In this document: in pieces, positions 27,836 through 37,188 of the stretch
How positions within the stretch are numbered: position 1 is the first letter of the stretch
Layout of the letters: every line of letters begins with the position of its first letter
NCBI GenBank assembly: GCA_049517335.1
Contig: JBEKSD010000013.1
Span: 1 to 52,569, forward strand
Direction of reading: 5' to 3'
DNA length: 52,569 nt
Source of the DNA: Candidatus Omnitrophota bacterium
Lineage (GTDB): Bacteria; Omnitrophota; Gorgyraeia; Gygaellales; Profunditerraquicolaceae
The notes under the pieces: generated by a model
What the model saw: only the letters and a program-made list of their open reading frames with translations
Databases searched by the model: none
Told to the model about the DNA's origin: nothing
Translations under genes and position numbers: made by a program

Positions 27836-27973
27836 TAGGCGCGATTATGGGTATTGTTGCATTTTTTATCTATGGGTTCACTGAACCAATCTTTATTATC
27901 CTAAAATAGTCGTGCTTTTTTTGGTTTGAAGTAGGTTTAGTAATGACAATATTATCTTTGAATAAAGGGGAAT
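27836..27973 (+). pseudogene. C-terminal remnant of a third O-antigen ligase paralog
   Basis: With two frameshifts it reads GAIMGIVAFFIYGFTE-NLYYPKIVVLF-WFEVGLVMTIL, similar to the ligase 2 end GLIAFLINGMAETNLYYSKIASFFWFQIGLLLAII. Confidence 0.7.
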
Positions 27974-29779
27974 ATGTCTAAGTTAACAGTTGCTGATTAT
28001 ATAGCTAAACGGCTCTCTGAATACGGTATTAAACATGTGTTTATGGTTACCGGAGGCGGAGCCATGCATTTAAACAATTCTTTCGGCCGCACAAAAGGGA
28101 TTAAGTGTGTTTTTAACCACCATGAGCAGGCTTGCGCCATCGCTGCGGAGGGATATGCTCGGATAACAGGAAAACTTGCTGTTGTCAATGTTACTTCTGG
28201 TCCGGGAGGGTTGAATACTTTGACCGGAGTAATGGGGCAGTGGACTGATTCTGTACCCGTCCTTTATATCTCCGGCCAGGTTAAATTAGAAACTACGATA
28301 AATTCCTGTCCTGATATAGCTCTCAGGCAATTAGGCGATCAGGAAGTAGATATAGTCAGCATTGTTAAACCCATTACTAAATTTGCCATATCAATAAGAG
28401 ACCCTAAAGATGTAAAACTGCTTTTAGCTAAAGCGATTCATATTGCCGTAAATGGCCGTCCTGGACCGGTATGGTTAGATATTCCTTTAAATGTCCAGGG
28501 AGCGCGAGTAGAAGAAGCTGATATGCCTGAATATGATGAAAGACAGGATAAAGTTACTTTTGATATAGAAGAAGTCGATTTAAAAATATCTCAAGCTCTG
28601 GCTCTTCTGAAAAACTCCCAAAGGCCGGTTTTAATTGCGGGACATGGTATTCGTATTGCCCGCGCACAAGAATTACTGTTATCCCTGATCCAGAAGCTGA
28701 GGCTGCCTGTTTTAACTACTTTTAATGGTTTTGATTTAGTTCCTTCTAACAATCAATTTTTTATTGGGAGAATTGGTACTTTGGGAAGTAGGGCAGGAAA
28801 TTTCGCATTGCAAAATTCTGACCTTATTTTATCTATTGGCACAAGAAATAATATAAGACAGATAAGTTATAATTGGAAATCGTTTGCCCGGGCGGCTAAA
28901 AAAATTGTTGTGGATATTGACTTAGCGGAATTAAAAAAACCAACTTTGAAACCGGATACCGCAATAAACTGTGATGCGAAATATTTTTTAAAACAGTTGT
29001 TAGAAAGGACCAAAGCTTTACCTGATTGGAGCTCGTGGTTAGAGTGGTGCAAAGAAAGGAAGAATAAGTATCCAATTGTTTTGCCGGAATACAGGAAATC
29101 TCACATGGTTAATCCTTATTATTTTATGCAGAAATTCACCGAGTTGGTTGATGCACATAATGTTATTGTTGCCGGGAATGCGTCAGCTTCCGTTATTTTG
29201 TTTCAAGCTGGTGCCGTCAAGAAAAACCAGAGGGTTCTTTGGAATTCTGGGTGTGCTTCTATGGGCTATGATTTACCGGCAGCCATAGGTGCTTGTTTGG
29301 CAAATAACAAAAAAAATACTATTTGCATTACGGGTGACGGCAGTATCCAGATGAATCTGCAGGAATTACAGACCATGGTTCATCATCAACTACCTATTAA
29401 AATATTCGTATTAAATAATAAAGGTTATATTTCTATTAAACAAACACAGGAGAATTTCTTTGCTTTGCCTTATGTAGGTTGTGATAAGGCTTCGGGAGTC
29501 AGTTTTCCTAATTTTACCAAGATCGCCAAAGCTTATGGTTTAAAAAGAGAAAGGATTATTGGGCATAAGGGTTTAAGGGGCAAGATTAATAACGTCTTTA
29601 GATATAAAGGGCCGGTTTTGTGTGATGTTTTGCTTGAATCTAACTATAAATTTATCCCTCGTTCATCTTCCGAGAAGCTTGATGATGGTAGAATAATTTC
29701 AAAGCCACTTGAAGATATGTTTCCCTTTTTGGATAGAGATGAGTTCAGGGAAAATATGCTGATAGGTGAAGAAGACTAA
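27974..29779 (+). CDS. Thiamine-diphosphate-dependent enzyme (acetolactate synthase fold, YerE-like)
   Basis: HHEQACAIAAEGY, TSGPG, RPGPVWLDIP, ITGDGSIQMNLQEL...LNN ThDP motif, SKPLEDMFP. Confidence 0.88.
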   Translation: MSKLTVADYIAKRLSEYGIKHVFMVTGGGAMHLNNSFGRTKGIKCVFNHHEQACAIAAEGYARITGKLAVVNVTSGPGGLNTLTGVMGQWTDSVPVLYISGQVKLETTINSCPDIALRQLGDQEVDIVSIVKPITKFAISIRDPKDVKLLLAKAIHIAVNGRPGPVWLDIPLNVQGARVEEADMPEYDERQDKVTFDIEEVDLKISQALALLKNSQRPVLIAGHGIRIARAQELLLSLIQKLRLPVLTTFNGFDLVPSNNQFFIGRIGTLGSRAGNFALQNSDLILSIGTRNNIRQISYNWKSFARAAKKIVVDIDLAELKKPTLKPDTAINCDAKYFLKQLLERTKALPDWSSWLEWCKERKNKYPIVLPEYRKSHMVNPYYFMQKFTELVDAHNVIVAGNASASVILFQAGAVKKNQRVLWNSGCASMGYDLPAAIGACLANNKKNTICITGDGSIQMNLQELQTMVHHQLPIKIFVLNNKGYISIKQTQENFFALPYVGCDKASGVSFPNFTKIAKAYGLKRERIIGHKGLRGKINNVFRYKGPVLCDVLLESNYKFIPRSSSEKLDDGRIISKPLEDMFPFLDRDEFRENMLIGEED

Positions 29780-29833
29780 AAGGAGTAATCATGGATAGAT
29801 TATTTCTATTTGTGACTAGAGAGGAGTTATACA

Positions 29834-30913
29834 ATGAATCGTGACATTTTTGAAGAGTTATTTGTTTTGGAATTAGCCAATAACCACTGGGGAAATGTAA
29901 AGAGAGGCTTGAAGATTGTTGAAGACTTTTCGAAGATCGCTCGGTTTAATAATGTCAGGTGTGCAATAAAACTTCAACTCCGAGATGTAAATAATTTTAT
30001 ACACAAAGATTTTCTGCAGAAAACCGATATGAGGTATATTAAAAAAACTTTAGATACCCAGATGCCAAAGAAAGATTTTATTATGCTTGTTGATGTGATC
30101 AAAAAGAATAATTGTATTCCTATGGCTACGCCGTTTGACGAGACATCGGTGGATTTCTGTGAAGAATTGCGCCTGCCGCTTATAAAAATAGCCAGTTCAG
30201 ATATTAATGACTGGCCTTTGATTGAAAGGATTTCAAAAACCAAAAAACCCGTTATAGCTTCTACAGGAGGCTCGTCCTTAAAGGATTTGGATGATTTAGT
30301 AACTTTTTTTGAAAATCGTAATTTACAACTTGCTCTTAATCATTGCGTTTCTACGTATCCTAATGATTATGCAGAACTTGAACTAAATCAGATTGATTTT
30401 CTTAAAAAAAGATACCCAGGACATACCATCGGTTTTTCTTCTCATGAGCATGGCGATTGGACAACTTCAATTATGATTGCTTATGCAAAAGGGGCGAGGA
30501 CTTTTGAAAGGCATATTGATATTGAATTAGATTCCGTACCAGTATCGCCTTATTGCTCCTTACCTGAAGAAATTGATGCTTGGTTTAAGGCATTTCATAA
30601 AGCCAAGACGATGTGCGGCCTTTCCGCAGATACAAAAAGAATCCCTTCAGAAAAAGAGATTAAATATCTCGATTTATTAGTCCGGGGTGTCTATGCTAAA
30701 AAGGATTTGCCAAAAGAACATAAGCTGACGATTGATGATGTATACCTTGCAATTCCGCTGCAGAAAGGACAGATTTCCTGTAGAGAATTAATGACTGGGG
30801 AAGTCCTCTTGTGTTCCTGTAAGAAAGATTCGCCAATTATGATTGATGTGATAGATTCTCCATACGCAAATAATGAAACATTAAAAAAACTAATTTATGA
30901 GAGAGGACTCTAA
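29834..30913 (+). CDS. NeuB/SpsE-family PEP-dependent synthase with C-terminal SAF-like domain
   Basis: ELANNHWG, TPFD, KIASSD, STGG, HCVSTYP, GFSSHE, FERH. Confidence 0.85.
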   Translation: MNRDIFEELFVLELANNHWGNVKRGLKIVEDFSKIARFNNVRCAIKLQLRDVNNFIHKDFLQKTDMRYIKKTLDTQMPKKDFIMLVDVIKKNNCIPMATPFDETSVDFCEELRLPLIKIASSDINDWPLIERISKTKKPVIASTGGSSLKDLDDLVTFFENRNLQLALNHCVSTYPNDYAELELNQIDFLKKRYPGHTIGFSSHEHGDWTTSIMIAYAKGARTFERHIDIELDSVPVSPYCSLPEEIDAWFKAFHKAKTMCGLSADTKRIPSEKEIKYLDLLVRGVYAKKDLPKEHKLTIDDVYLAIPLQKGQISCRELMTGEVLLCSCKKDSPIMIDVIDSPYANNETLKKLIYERGL

Positions 30914-30964
30914 TTTAACGCTAGCTAGCGACCCGTACACGTGAACAGCCTATTTAATAAATAT

Positions 30965-31633
30965 ATGATTAAGAATATAATATTTGACTTTGATGGGACT
31001 TTAGTTGATTCAGCAGAAGATATAATTGATTGTTTAAAATCAGCTTATAGCCTTACCGGGATTAAATATAACGTTCAAATCGATAGAAAAGTTATAGGGC
31101 CCCCATTAAAGAAAGTACTACGTTTAATCTCTCCTTCTGTCAGCCGCGAGGAAGAAGAGCTATTGATTAATTGTTTTAGAAAATGTTATGACAATTGCGG
31201 ATTTCCGCGGACTTTCCTTTATGATGGATTAAGCGAATTGTTAATTCAACTTAAAAATAGTAATAAGAATCTGTTTATTGTGACTAATAAGACTGATAAG
31301 CCGACGCGCGGAATTATTAATAATCTGGGGATTTGTTGTTTTGATGAAATCGTCTGTATCGATAGTTTTACGGAAATTGCCAATAATAAAAGTAAGGGCG
31401 CAATGATCTCATATTTAATGAATAAGAAGGATTTAGATAGAAGTTCAACTGTCATGGTAGGCGATTCGATTGAAGATATTCACGCTGCTCAAGATAATGG
31501 ATTGATAAGCATTGCCATTTTAAGCGGCTACGGGCAGGAAAATGCTATAAAAGAAAATAGGCCAGATTATATTTTAGATAAAACTAAAGATTTATTAAAG
31601 TTGATAAGTATAATTGATAAAAAAGATTATTGA
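30965..31633 (+). CDS. HAD-superfamily phosphatase (Gph-like)
   Basis: IFDFDGTLVDS, VTNK, MVGDS..D, GYG. Confidence 0.88.
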   Translation: MIKNIIFDFDGTLVDSAEDIIDCLKSAYSLTGIKYNVQIDRKVIGPPLKKVLRLISPSVSREEEELLINCFRKCYDNCGFPRTFLYDGLSELLIQLKNSNKNLFIVTNKTDKPTRGIINNLGICCFDEIVCIDSFTEIANNKSKGAMISYLMNKKDLDRSSTVMVGDSIEDIHAAQDNGLISIAILSGYGQENAIKENRPDYILDKTKDLLKLISIIDKKDY

Positions 31634-31688
31634 GTAAATTAAATCACTTTCCAGATAATGCAGCGATAGACTATAACCGAAGAGCTAA

Positions 31689-32384
31689 ATGAAATTAACT
31701 ATTCTTATAGGCTGCTTTAACGAAAAACCAACTATTCTTAAGGCTATTGAAGAGGCTAAAGCGTTAAATATTGATAAAGAAATTATAGTTATAGATAATT
31801 GCTCAACTGATGACACAAAAGAAATATTAGATGATTTAAGCAACGATAAGGAGCTGAAGATAATTTTTCATCCTAAGAATATGGGGGCCGGATATTCTGC
31901 CTGTGAGGGGATAAGCCTTGCTCAGGGCGATTATTTTTATGGCCCGGGGGCTGATTTAGAATATAAAATGGAAGATGTCTATAAAATGATAGATAAAATG
32001 GAAAGTGAAAATCTTGACGTTGTTTTTGGTTCGAGACTTTTGGATAAAAAAAGGGTCTCAAAGATAGAGTTAATTAAAGAAAGGCCGTATTGGCTGGGTA
32101 GTATTATTGCCACATCATTAATAAATCTGTTATATGGCAGAAATTTTACAGATATTATAGCTACGAAATTAATAAAGACAGATATCTTAAAACGATTGGG
32201 TTGCAAAGCGAATAATCAGGCTTTTGAATTTGAATTAGTCAGCAGGCTTTGTAAGGCTGGGTTCAAAATAGGCGAAATACCAGTATGGTATAAACCAAGA
32301 ACGCATAAAGAAGGCAAGACGATAAGAGCCTTTGATATAATCCCCGCAGTATTAGCAATCTTAAAGGTGAAGTTTTTTGGCTAA
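31689..32384 (+). CDS. GT2, polyprenol-phosphate glycosyltransferase-like
   Basis: FNE, IDNCSTD, ADLEY, FGSR, FEFE, Y.PR...EGK. Confidence 0.85.
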   Translation: MKLTILIGCFNEKPTILKAIEEAKALNIDKEIIVIDNCSTDDTKEILDDLSNDKELKIIFHPKNMGAGYSACEGISLAQGDYFYGPGADLEYKMEDVYKMIDKMESENLDVVFGSRLLDKKRVSKIELIKERPYWLGSIIATSLINLLYGRNFTDIIATKLIKTDILKRLGCKANNQAFEFELVSRLCKAGFKIGEIPVWYKPRTHKEGKTIRAFDIIPAVLAILKVKFFG

Positions 32385-32395
32385 AAAATAATACA

Positions 32396-33541
32396 ATGAA
32401 AAATAATAAATATTTAATTGCTCTCATAGCTTTCGCGATCTTAATAAAATTCGGTTTATTCGCCGTGGGCACAATGCGGGTGCCTGATAGTAAATTTGAC
32501 CCGGATTCAGTTGACTATTTGAATACGGCATCGATGCTGTATTCAAATCTTACCTTTGCTTCGCAAGACAGCAATGGTTTATTAAAGCCGCATGTACTCA
32601 GGACGCCAGGTTATCCTGTTTTTATCGCTATCGTGCACAACCTGATGAAGCTGCCGCTTAGCGGAGTGATTTTCTTGCAGGTATTACTGACAATCTTAGC
32701 CGCATTTATTTTGTATAAAACAGCAATTCAGATAGACAAGCGCCTTGCCGTTTTAAGCGCAGTGATTATGCTCTATGACCTTCCGGTTTCGGTCTATTCC
32801 TTAAAAATCATGACAGAGGCGTTGTTCCTGTTACTCATTACGATTTTTATTTACATATTCGTTAGGTACTTAAAAACGGGAAGGTTTAAATTTATATTTT
32901 TATCATCTTTGTTATTAGTTACAGCCACCTATGTCCGGCCGATAAGTTATTATCTGGGAGCGGTCCTTGCGGCCTTTATCCTTTATGCAAATATCCCTAA
33001 GAATTTTAAAGCCGCATTCGCTCAGGCATTTATTTTCCTGATTATAATTTACAGTCTCTTGGGGGTTTGGCAGGTTAGGAACTATAAGTGCTGCGGGGAA
33101 AAAGCATTTACTTCCATTACCAGTTCTAACTTTAGGATATACGGATTAGTTAAGGAACCTCTGAAAGATAGCGGAAATGCCGTCATGGTTAAGATTAGGC
33201 AGGGACTTAATTATACCTATGAATTATGGCGTTCATCTTTATCTCTTATGACCCGGCCGGGGACATTGAAATATTTTCACTTAAAGCCTTTGGCGATTGC
33301 CGGAAAAGTGTTCGGGTACCTTCTGGTAATTTTTTGGATGCTTGGATTTTTAGCCGGCATCTTCAGGATAAAGAAGGATATCTATTTTCAGTTTCTGGTG
33401 TTGGTTATTTTGTATTTCCTTGGGGTTGCAATTTTAAACCTTGGCGTAGATGCCGGGGAGAGATTTAGGGTGCCGATAGTACCGTGCCTAGCAATTATTT
33501 CATCCTATGGCTGGTTAATTTTAACAAGGCGGAGAGGGTAA
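32396..33541 (+). CDS. GT-C fold membrane glycosyltransferase (ArnT/PMT-like)
   Basis: DPDSVDY acidic loop after TM1, RTPGYP, MTEALF, VRP, RFRVP; polytopic. Confidence 0.75.
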   Translation: MKNNKYLIALIAFAILIKFGLFAVGTMRVPDSKFDPDSVDYLNTASMLYSNLTFASQDSNGLLKPHVLRTPGYPVFIAIVHNLMKLPLSGVIFLQVLLTILAAFILYKTAIQIDKRLAVLSAVIMLYDLPVSVYSLKIMTEALFLLLITIFIYIFVRYLKTGRFKFIFLSSLLLVTATYVRPISYYLGAVLAAFILYANIPKNFKAAFAQAFIFLIIIYSLLGVWQVRNYKCCGEKAFTSITSSNFRIYGLVKEPLKDSGNAVMVKIRQGLNYTYELWRSSLSLMTRPGTLKYFHLKPLAIAGKVFGYLLVIFWMLGFLAGIFRIKKDIYFQFLVLVILYFLGVAILNLGVDAGERFRVPIVPCLAIISSYGWLILTRRRG

Positions 33542-33548
33542 GATTTCA

Positions 33549-34333
33549 GTGCTTTCAATAGTTGTCCTGGCATTTAATGAAGAAGAAAATATCGCAAACG
33601 TCATCGAGAAAATCGAGGACTCAATTGGTATTGGTCATGAATTAATCGTAGTCAATGACCATTCTTTTGACCGCACTCCTTTAATATTAAAAGAATTATC
33701 CCCTAGATATTCTAACCTTAGGCCGCTGGATAATACAAGCGACAAAGGGTTTGCCAGTGCCGTTAAATTCGGCTTTCTCCATGCCCAGGGCGAATTGGTT
33801 GTACCGATTATGGCCGACCTTTGTGATGATTTAAATACCCTTAAAGAAATGGTTAAAAAAATTAATGAAGGCTACGATGTAGTTTGCGCTAGCCGTTACA
33901 TAAAAGGAGGTGCTAGGATTGGCGGCTCTAAGCTAAAGGGATTCTTATCGTCATTTGCCGGATGGTCCTTATATTATTTATCAGGTATACCTACGCATGA
34001 CATTGCTAATGCTTTTAAAATGTATAGAAAAAAAGTCATAGATAGTATTGATATTGAAGCGAGTAGTTTTGAGATTTCAATGGAGCTTACCCTAAAGGCT
34101 TATTATGCGGGTTTCAAAATAACAGAAGTCCTACTGTGTGGAGGGAAAGGCAGAAAGGTAGATCAAGTTTTAAGATATTTAAATTGATCCCTAGTTATCT
34201 TAAATTATATTTAGGGACTGTAATAGATAGATTTAGTCTTAAATTGAAGCAGGATAAAAAAAGTGAAGATTTTAGTTACCGGAGGTTGTGGCTTTGCGTT
34301 ATTTTAATGTTTATGGTCCGAGGCAATCTTTAA
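33549..34333 (+). pseudogene. GT2 polyprenol-phosphate glycosyltransferase-like, frameshifted near 34130
   Basis: FNEEENI, VNDHSFD, MADLCD, ASRY; the expected ITEVPTVWRERQKGRSSF is split across two frames (one base missing in gtccta). Confidence 0.75.
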
Positions 34334-34788
34334 ATAATCCCTATACAGGAGTTTGCGCAATATTTCTTTCTAGGGTAAAAAATAACCACCAGCCGTTAAT
34401 ATTTGAAGACGATCTGCAATCAAGGGATTTCATTTATGTCGGCGATATTGTGGAAACGAATATATTAGCTATGAAAAAGAGGCAAGCAGATTATGATTTT
34501 TTTAATGTCGGCACGGGAAAGCCGCATTCAATACTGGAGATTGCGCAGAAGGTCGTTAAATTATATAACAAGAATATTTGCCCCAGTGTGTTAAATAAAT
34601 ACAGGGCGGGTGATATAAGGCATTGTTACGCCGATATCAAAAAGATAAATTTAAGATTAGGGTTTATGCCTAAGATAGGATTTGAAAAAGGGATGAAGAT
34701 GCTTTTTGAATGGTCGTAAAACCAGAAGGCAGTAGACTCAACTTAGAGAGCACAAGGTGAACTTAAGAGGATGGGATTAGCCCAATAA
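34263..34788 (+). pseudogene. NAD-dependent epimerase/dehydratase with a large internal deletion and premature stops
   Basis: GTG 34263 gives VKILVTGGCGF, joined out of frame to ALRYFNVYGPRQSLNNPYTGV; the tail EWS*NQKAVDST*RAQGELKRMGLAQ* has two premature stops. Confidence 0.85.
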
Positions 34789-34790
34789 AG

Positions 34791-35720
34791 ATGAAAAATA
34801 CGAATAAAATTTTAGTGGTGCGTAATGACCGGTTTGGAGAATTTTTACTTAATATCCCGGCTTTGCGGGCACTGAAAGATGCTTATCCGAAAGCCAATTT
34901 AGTTTTAGCTGTAAATGCTGCCGTAAAAGAACTGGCTGAAGCTGTTGAATACGCAGATCAAGTGGTAGTTTGGGATAAGCAATTCCGCAAAGCAATAAAA
35001 AAACATAAATTTGACCTTTGCGTAGTTTTGAACCCTACCAAAGAAGCACATTGGTATTGTTTTCTATCCGGAATCCCTATACGGGTGGGGTATGACAGAA
35101 AATGGGGTTTTCTGCTTACGCATAAATTGAAAGATACAAAATACCTTGGTAACAGGCATGAGGTGGAATGTAATTTGGAATTAGTGGGCCTTGTTGGAGC
35201 AAAAACAGAGGATAAGTCGCTTTCAATTAAGACCAAAGATAAAGCTTTTCCTGAATTTACAGGACAGAAAATTGTGGCAATTCATCCCTTTACCAGTGAC
35301 CCACTGAAGCAGTGGCCGATAGAGAGGTTCCAGCAATTAGCCCAACGGTTAGCCGCTGAGCTCGTAACCGGAGTGTTGATTATCGGTAAAGAAGAGGATA
35401 AAGATATAGGTAGAGGTAAGGAATATTTTGATAATTTAAGCCGCAATATTACCAATCTTATTAATAAGACCTCATTGATAGAATTGGCGCAAATTCTTAA
35501 AAACTGCCGACTGTTTGTTTCCTGCGATAGCGGCCCGGTGCATCTGGCTGTTTCAGTGGGAACACCGGTAATAGCGTTATTCAGGAATGACCTGCAGGGC
35601 AAGACTTCTAAGCGCTGGGGGCCGTGGGGAGAGGGGCACATTGTGATTGAGAAAAAAAATTTAAATGATATAACTGTAGATGAAGTTTTGACTAAGATTA
35701 AAGAGATTAAGCATAGTTAA
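34791..35720 (+). CDS. GT9 LPS heptosyltransferase-family protein
   Basis: RNDRFGE, IPIRVGY, KQWP, CDSGPVHLA, WGPWG. Confidence 0.88.
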   Translation: MKNTNKILVVRNDRFGEFLLNIPALRALKDAYPKANLVLAVNAAVKELAEAVEYADQVVVWDKQFRKAIKKHKFDLCVVLNPTKEAHWYCFLSGIPIRVGYDRKWGFLLTHKLKDTKYLGNRHEVECNLELVGLVGAKTEDKSLSIKTKDKAFPEFTGQKIVAIHPFTSDPLKQWPIERFQQLAQRLAAELVTGVLIIGKEEDKDIGRGKEYFDNLSRNITNLINKTSLIELAQILKNCRLFVSCDSGPVHLAVSVGTPVIALFRNDLQGKTSKRWGPWGEGHIVIEKKNLNDITVDEVLTKIKEIKHS

Positions 35721-35790
35721 TAAAATTGTTAGCTAACTGTATTTATTGCGATTACCCGGTAATATTTTAGTTGGGTATGTGAGGTGCAAA

Positions 35791-37188
35791 ATGACTTATG
35801 CGGTAATTTTGGCAGGCGGAGTAGGAAGTAGGTTTTGGCCGTTTTCGCGGGAATTGGAGCCAAAACAATTCATGAAGATTATCGGCGAAGAGAGCCTGTT
35901 GCAGGCAACGATTCGGCGTTTAAAAGGGGTAGTGGAACCGGCACGTATTTACATTATTACGAATAATATTTATTTCTACGAAGTAAAAGCACAGGTTGTC
36001 AAATTTGGGATCCCTGATAAAAACATCATCCTTGAACCGGAAGGAAAAAATACCGCACCTGCAGCCGGGCTGTGCGCAAGATTAATCAGTCGGGTTGATA
36101 AAGATGCCGTACTCCTGATTTTGCCTTCGGATCATTACATTAAAAATGTGGAGAATTTTAAGCGGACGCTCAAAAAAGCAATTACTTGTGCTAAAAATGA
36201 TTTTCTGATTACGATAGGGATTAAACCGGTTACGCCGTCTACAGGGTACGGCTATATAAAGGCAAAAAAAGGGGCAATGTATTTTCAGGTTGAAAAGTTT
36301 CTTGAGAAACCAAATCTTGAGAAGGCGAAAAATTATTTTAAAAAGAAAAATTATTATTGGAATAGCGGCATGTTCGTTTGGAAGGCTTCGGTTTTTTTAG
36401 GAGAAGTCAAGAAATATTTACCTAAATTGTATGCCAATCTGCGGCAGATTAATTCTGTTAAAGATATTCCTAAATACTGGCCGGGAATTAAGGCCATATC
36501 TATTGACTATGGGATCATGGAGCGCTCAAAGCGTATCGCGCTCATTCCGTCTGATTTTTACTGGACAGACCTAGGCAGCTGGGAGGCACTTGCGGAAATC
36601 TTCCCAAAAGATAAATTGGGCAATGTCGTTAACAACGATACTTTAAATTTAGCTAGCCAAGGCGTATGTGTATTCACAAAAGGCAATAGGTTGATTTCAA
36701 CTATCGGGGTTAAGGATACGATTATTGTTGATACTCCGGATGCTTTGCTGGTTTGCGACAGGAATAAGACACAGGATGTTAAGCAACTGGTTGAGAAGCT
36801 AAAGTCGCTTAAACGTAAAGAACATCAGGTGCATTTAACTGAGCGCAGACCCTGGGGTTCGTTTACAGTCCTGCAGCAAGGTTTTGGTTTTAAGATTAAA
36901 TTAATTGAGATAGCCGCGCACAAAAGATTAAGTTTGCAGAGGCATAAAAAGCGCGCTGAGCATTGGGTGGTAGTTTCAGGCCTCGCTAAGGTTACCAGCG
37001 GTTCAAAAGTTATTTTGGTACATAGTAACGAGAGTATTTATATAGCCAAAGCAACAAGACACCGTTTGGAAAATTGCACAGGACAGCCGGTGAGGATAGT
37101 AGAAGTGCAGACCGGTGGGTATCTGGAAGAAGATGATATTGAAAGATTTGAAGATGATTATAAAAAAGAATGTCGCCCGGCAGGCTAA
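35791..37188 (+). CDS. manC: Mannose-1-phosphate guanylyltransferase / mannose-6-phosphate isomerase
   Basis: LAGGVGSRFWPFSR, PKQF, NTAPA, PSDH, WNSGMF, WTDLGSW, C-terminal cupin RPWG...SLQRH..RAEHW. Confidence 0.95.
   Translation: MTYAVILAGGVGSRFWPFSRELEPKQFMKIIGEESLLQATIRRLKGVVEPARIYIITNNIYFYEVKAQVVKFGIPDKNIILEPEGKNTAPAAGLCARLISRVDKDAVLLILPSDHYIKNVENFKRTLKKAITCAKNDFLITIGIKPVTPSTGYGYIKAKKGAMYFQVEKFLEKPNLEKAKNYFKKKNYYWNSGMFVWKASVFLGEVKKYLPKLYANLRQINSVKDIPKYWPGIKAISIDYGIMERSKRIALIPSDFYWTDLGSWEALAEIFPKDKLGNVVNNDTLNLASQGVCVFTKGNRLISTIGVKDTIIVDTPDALLVCDRNKTQDVKQLVEKLKSLKRKEHQVHLTERRPWGSFTVLQQGFGFKIKLIEIAAHKRLSLQRHKKRAEHWVVVSGLAKVTSGSKVILVHSNESIYIAKATRHRLENCTGQPVRIVEVQTGGYLEEDDIERFEDDYKKECRPAG

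Noticed and set aside
29834-30913. Sialic, legionaminic or pseudaminic acid pathway
   Set aside because: No CMP-transferase (NeuA), NeuC or Pse/Leg genes in the window; cannot be excluded elsewhere in the genome
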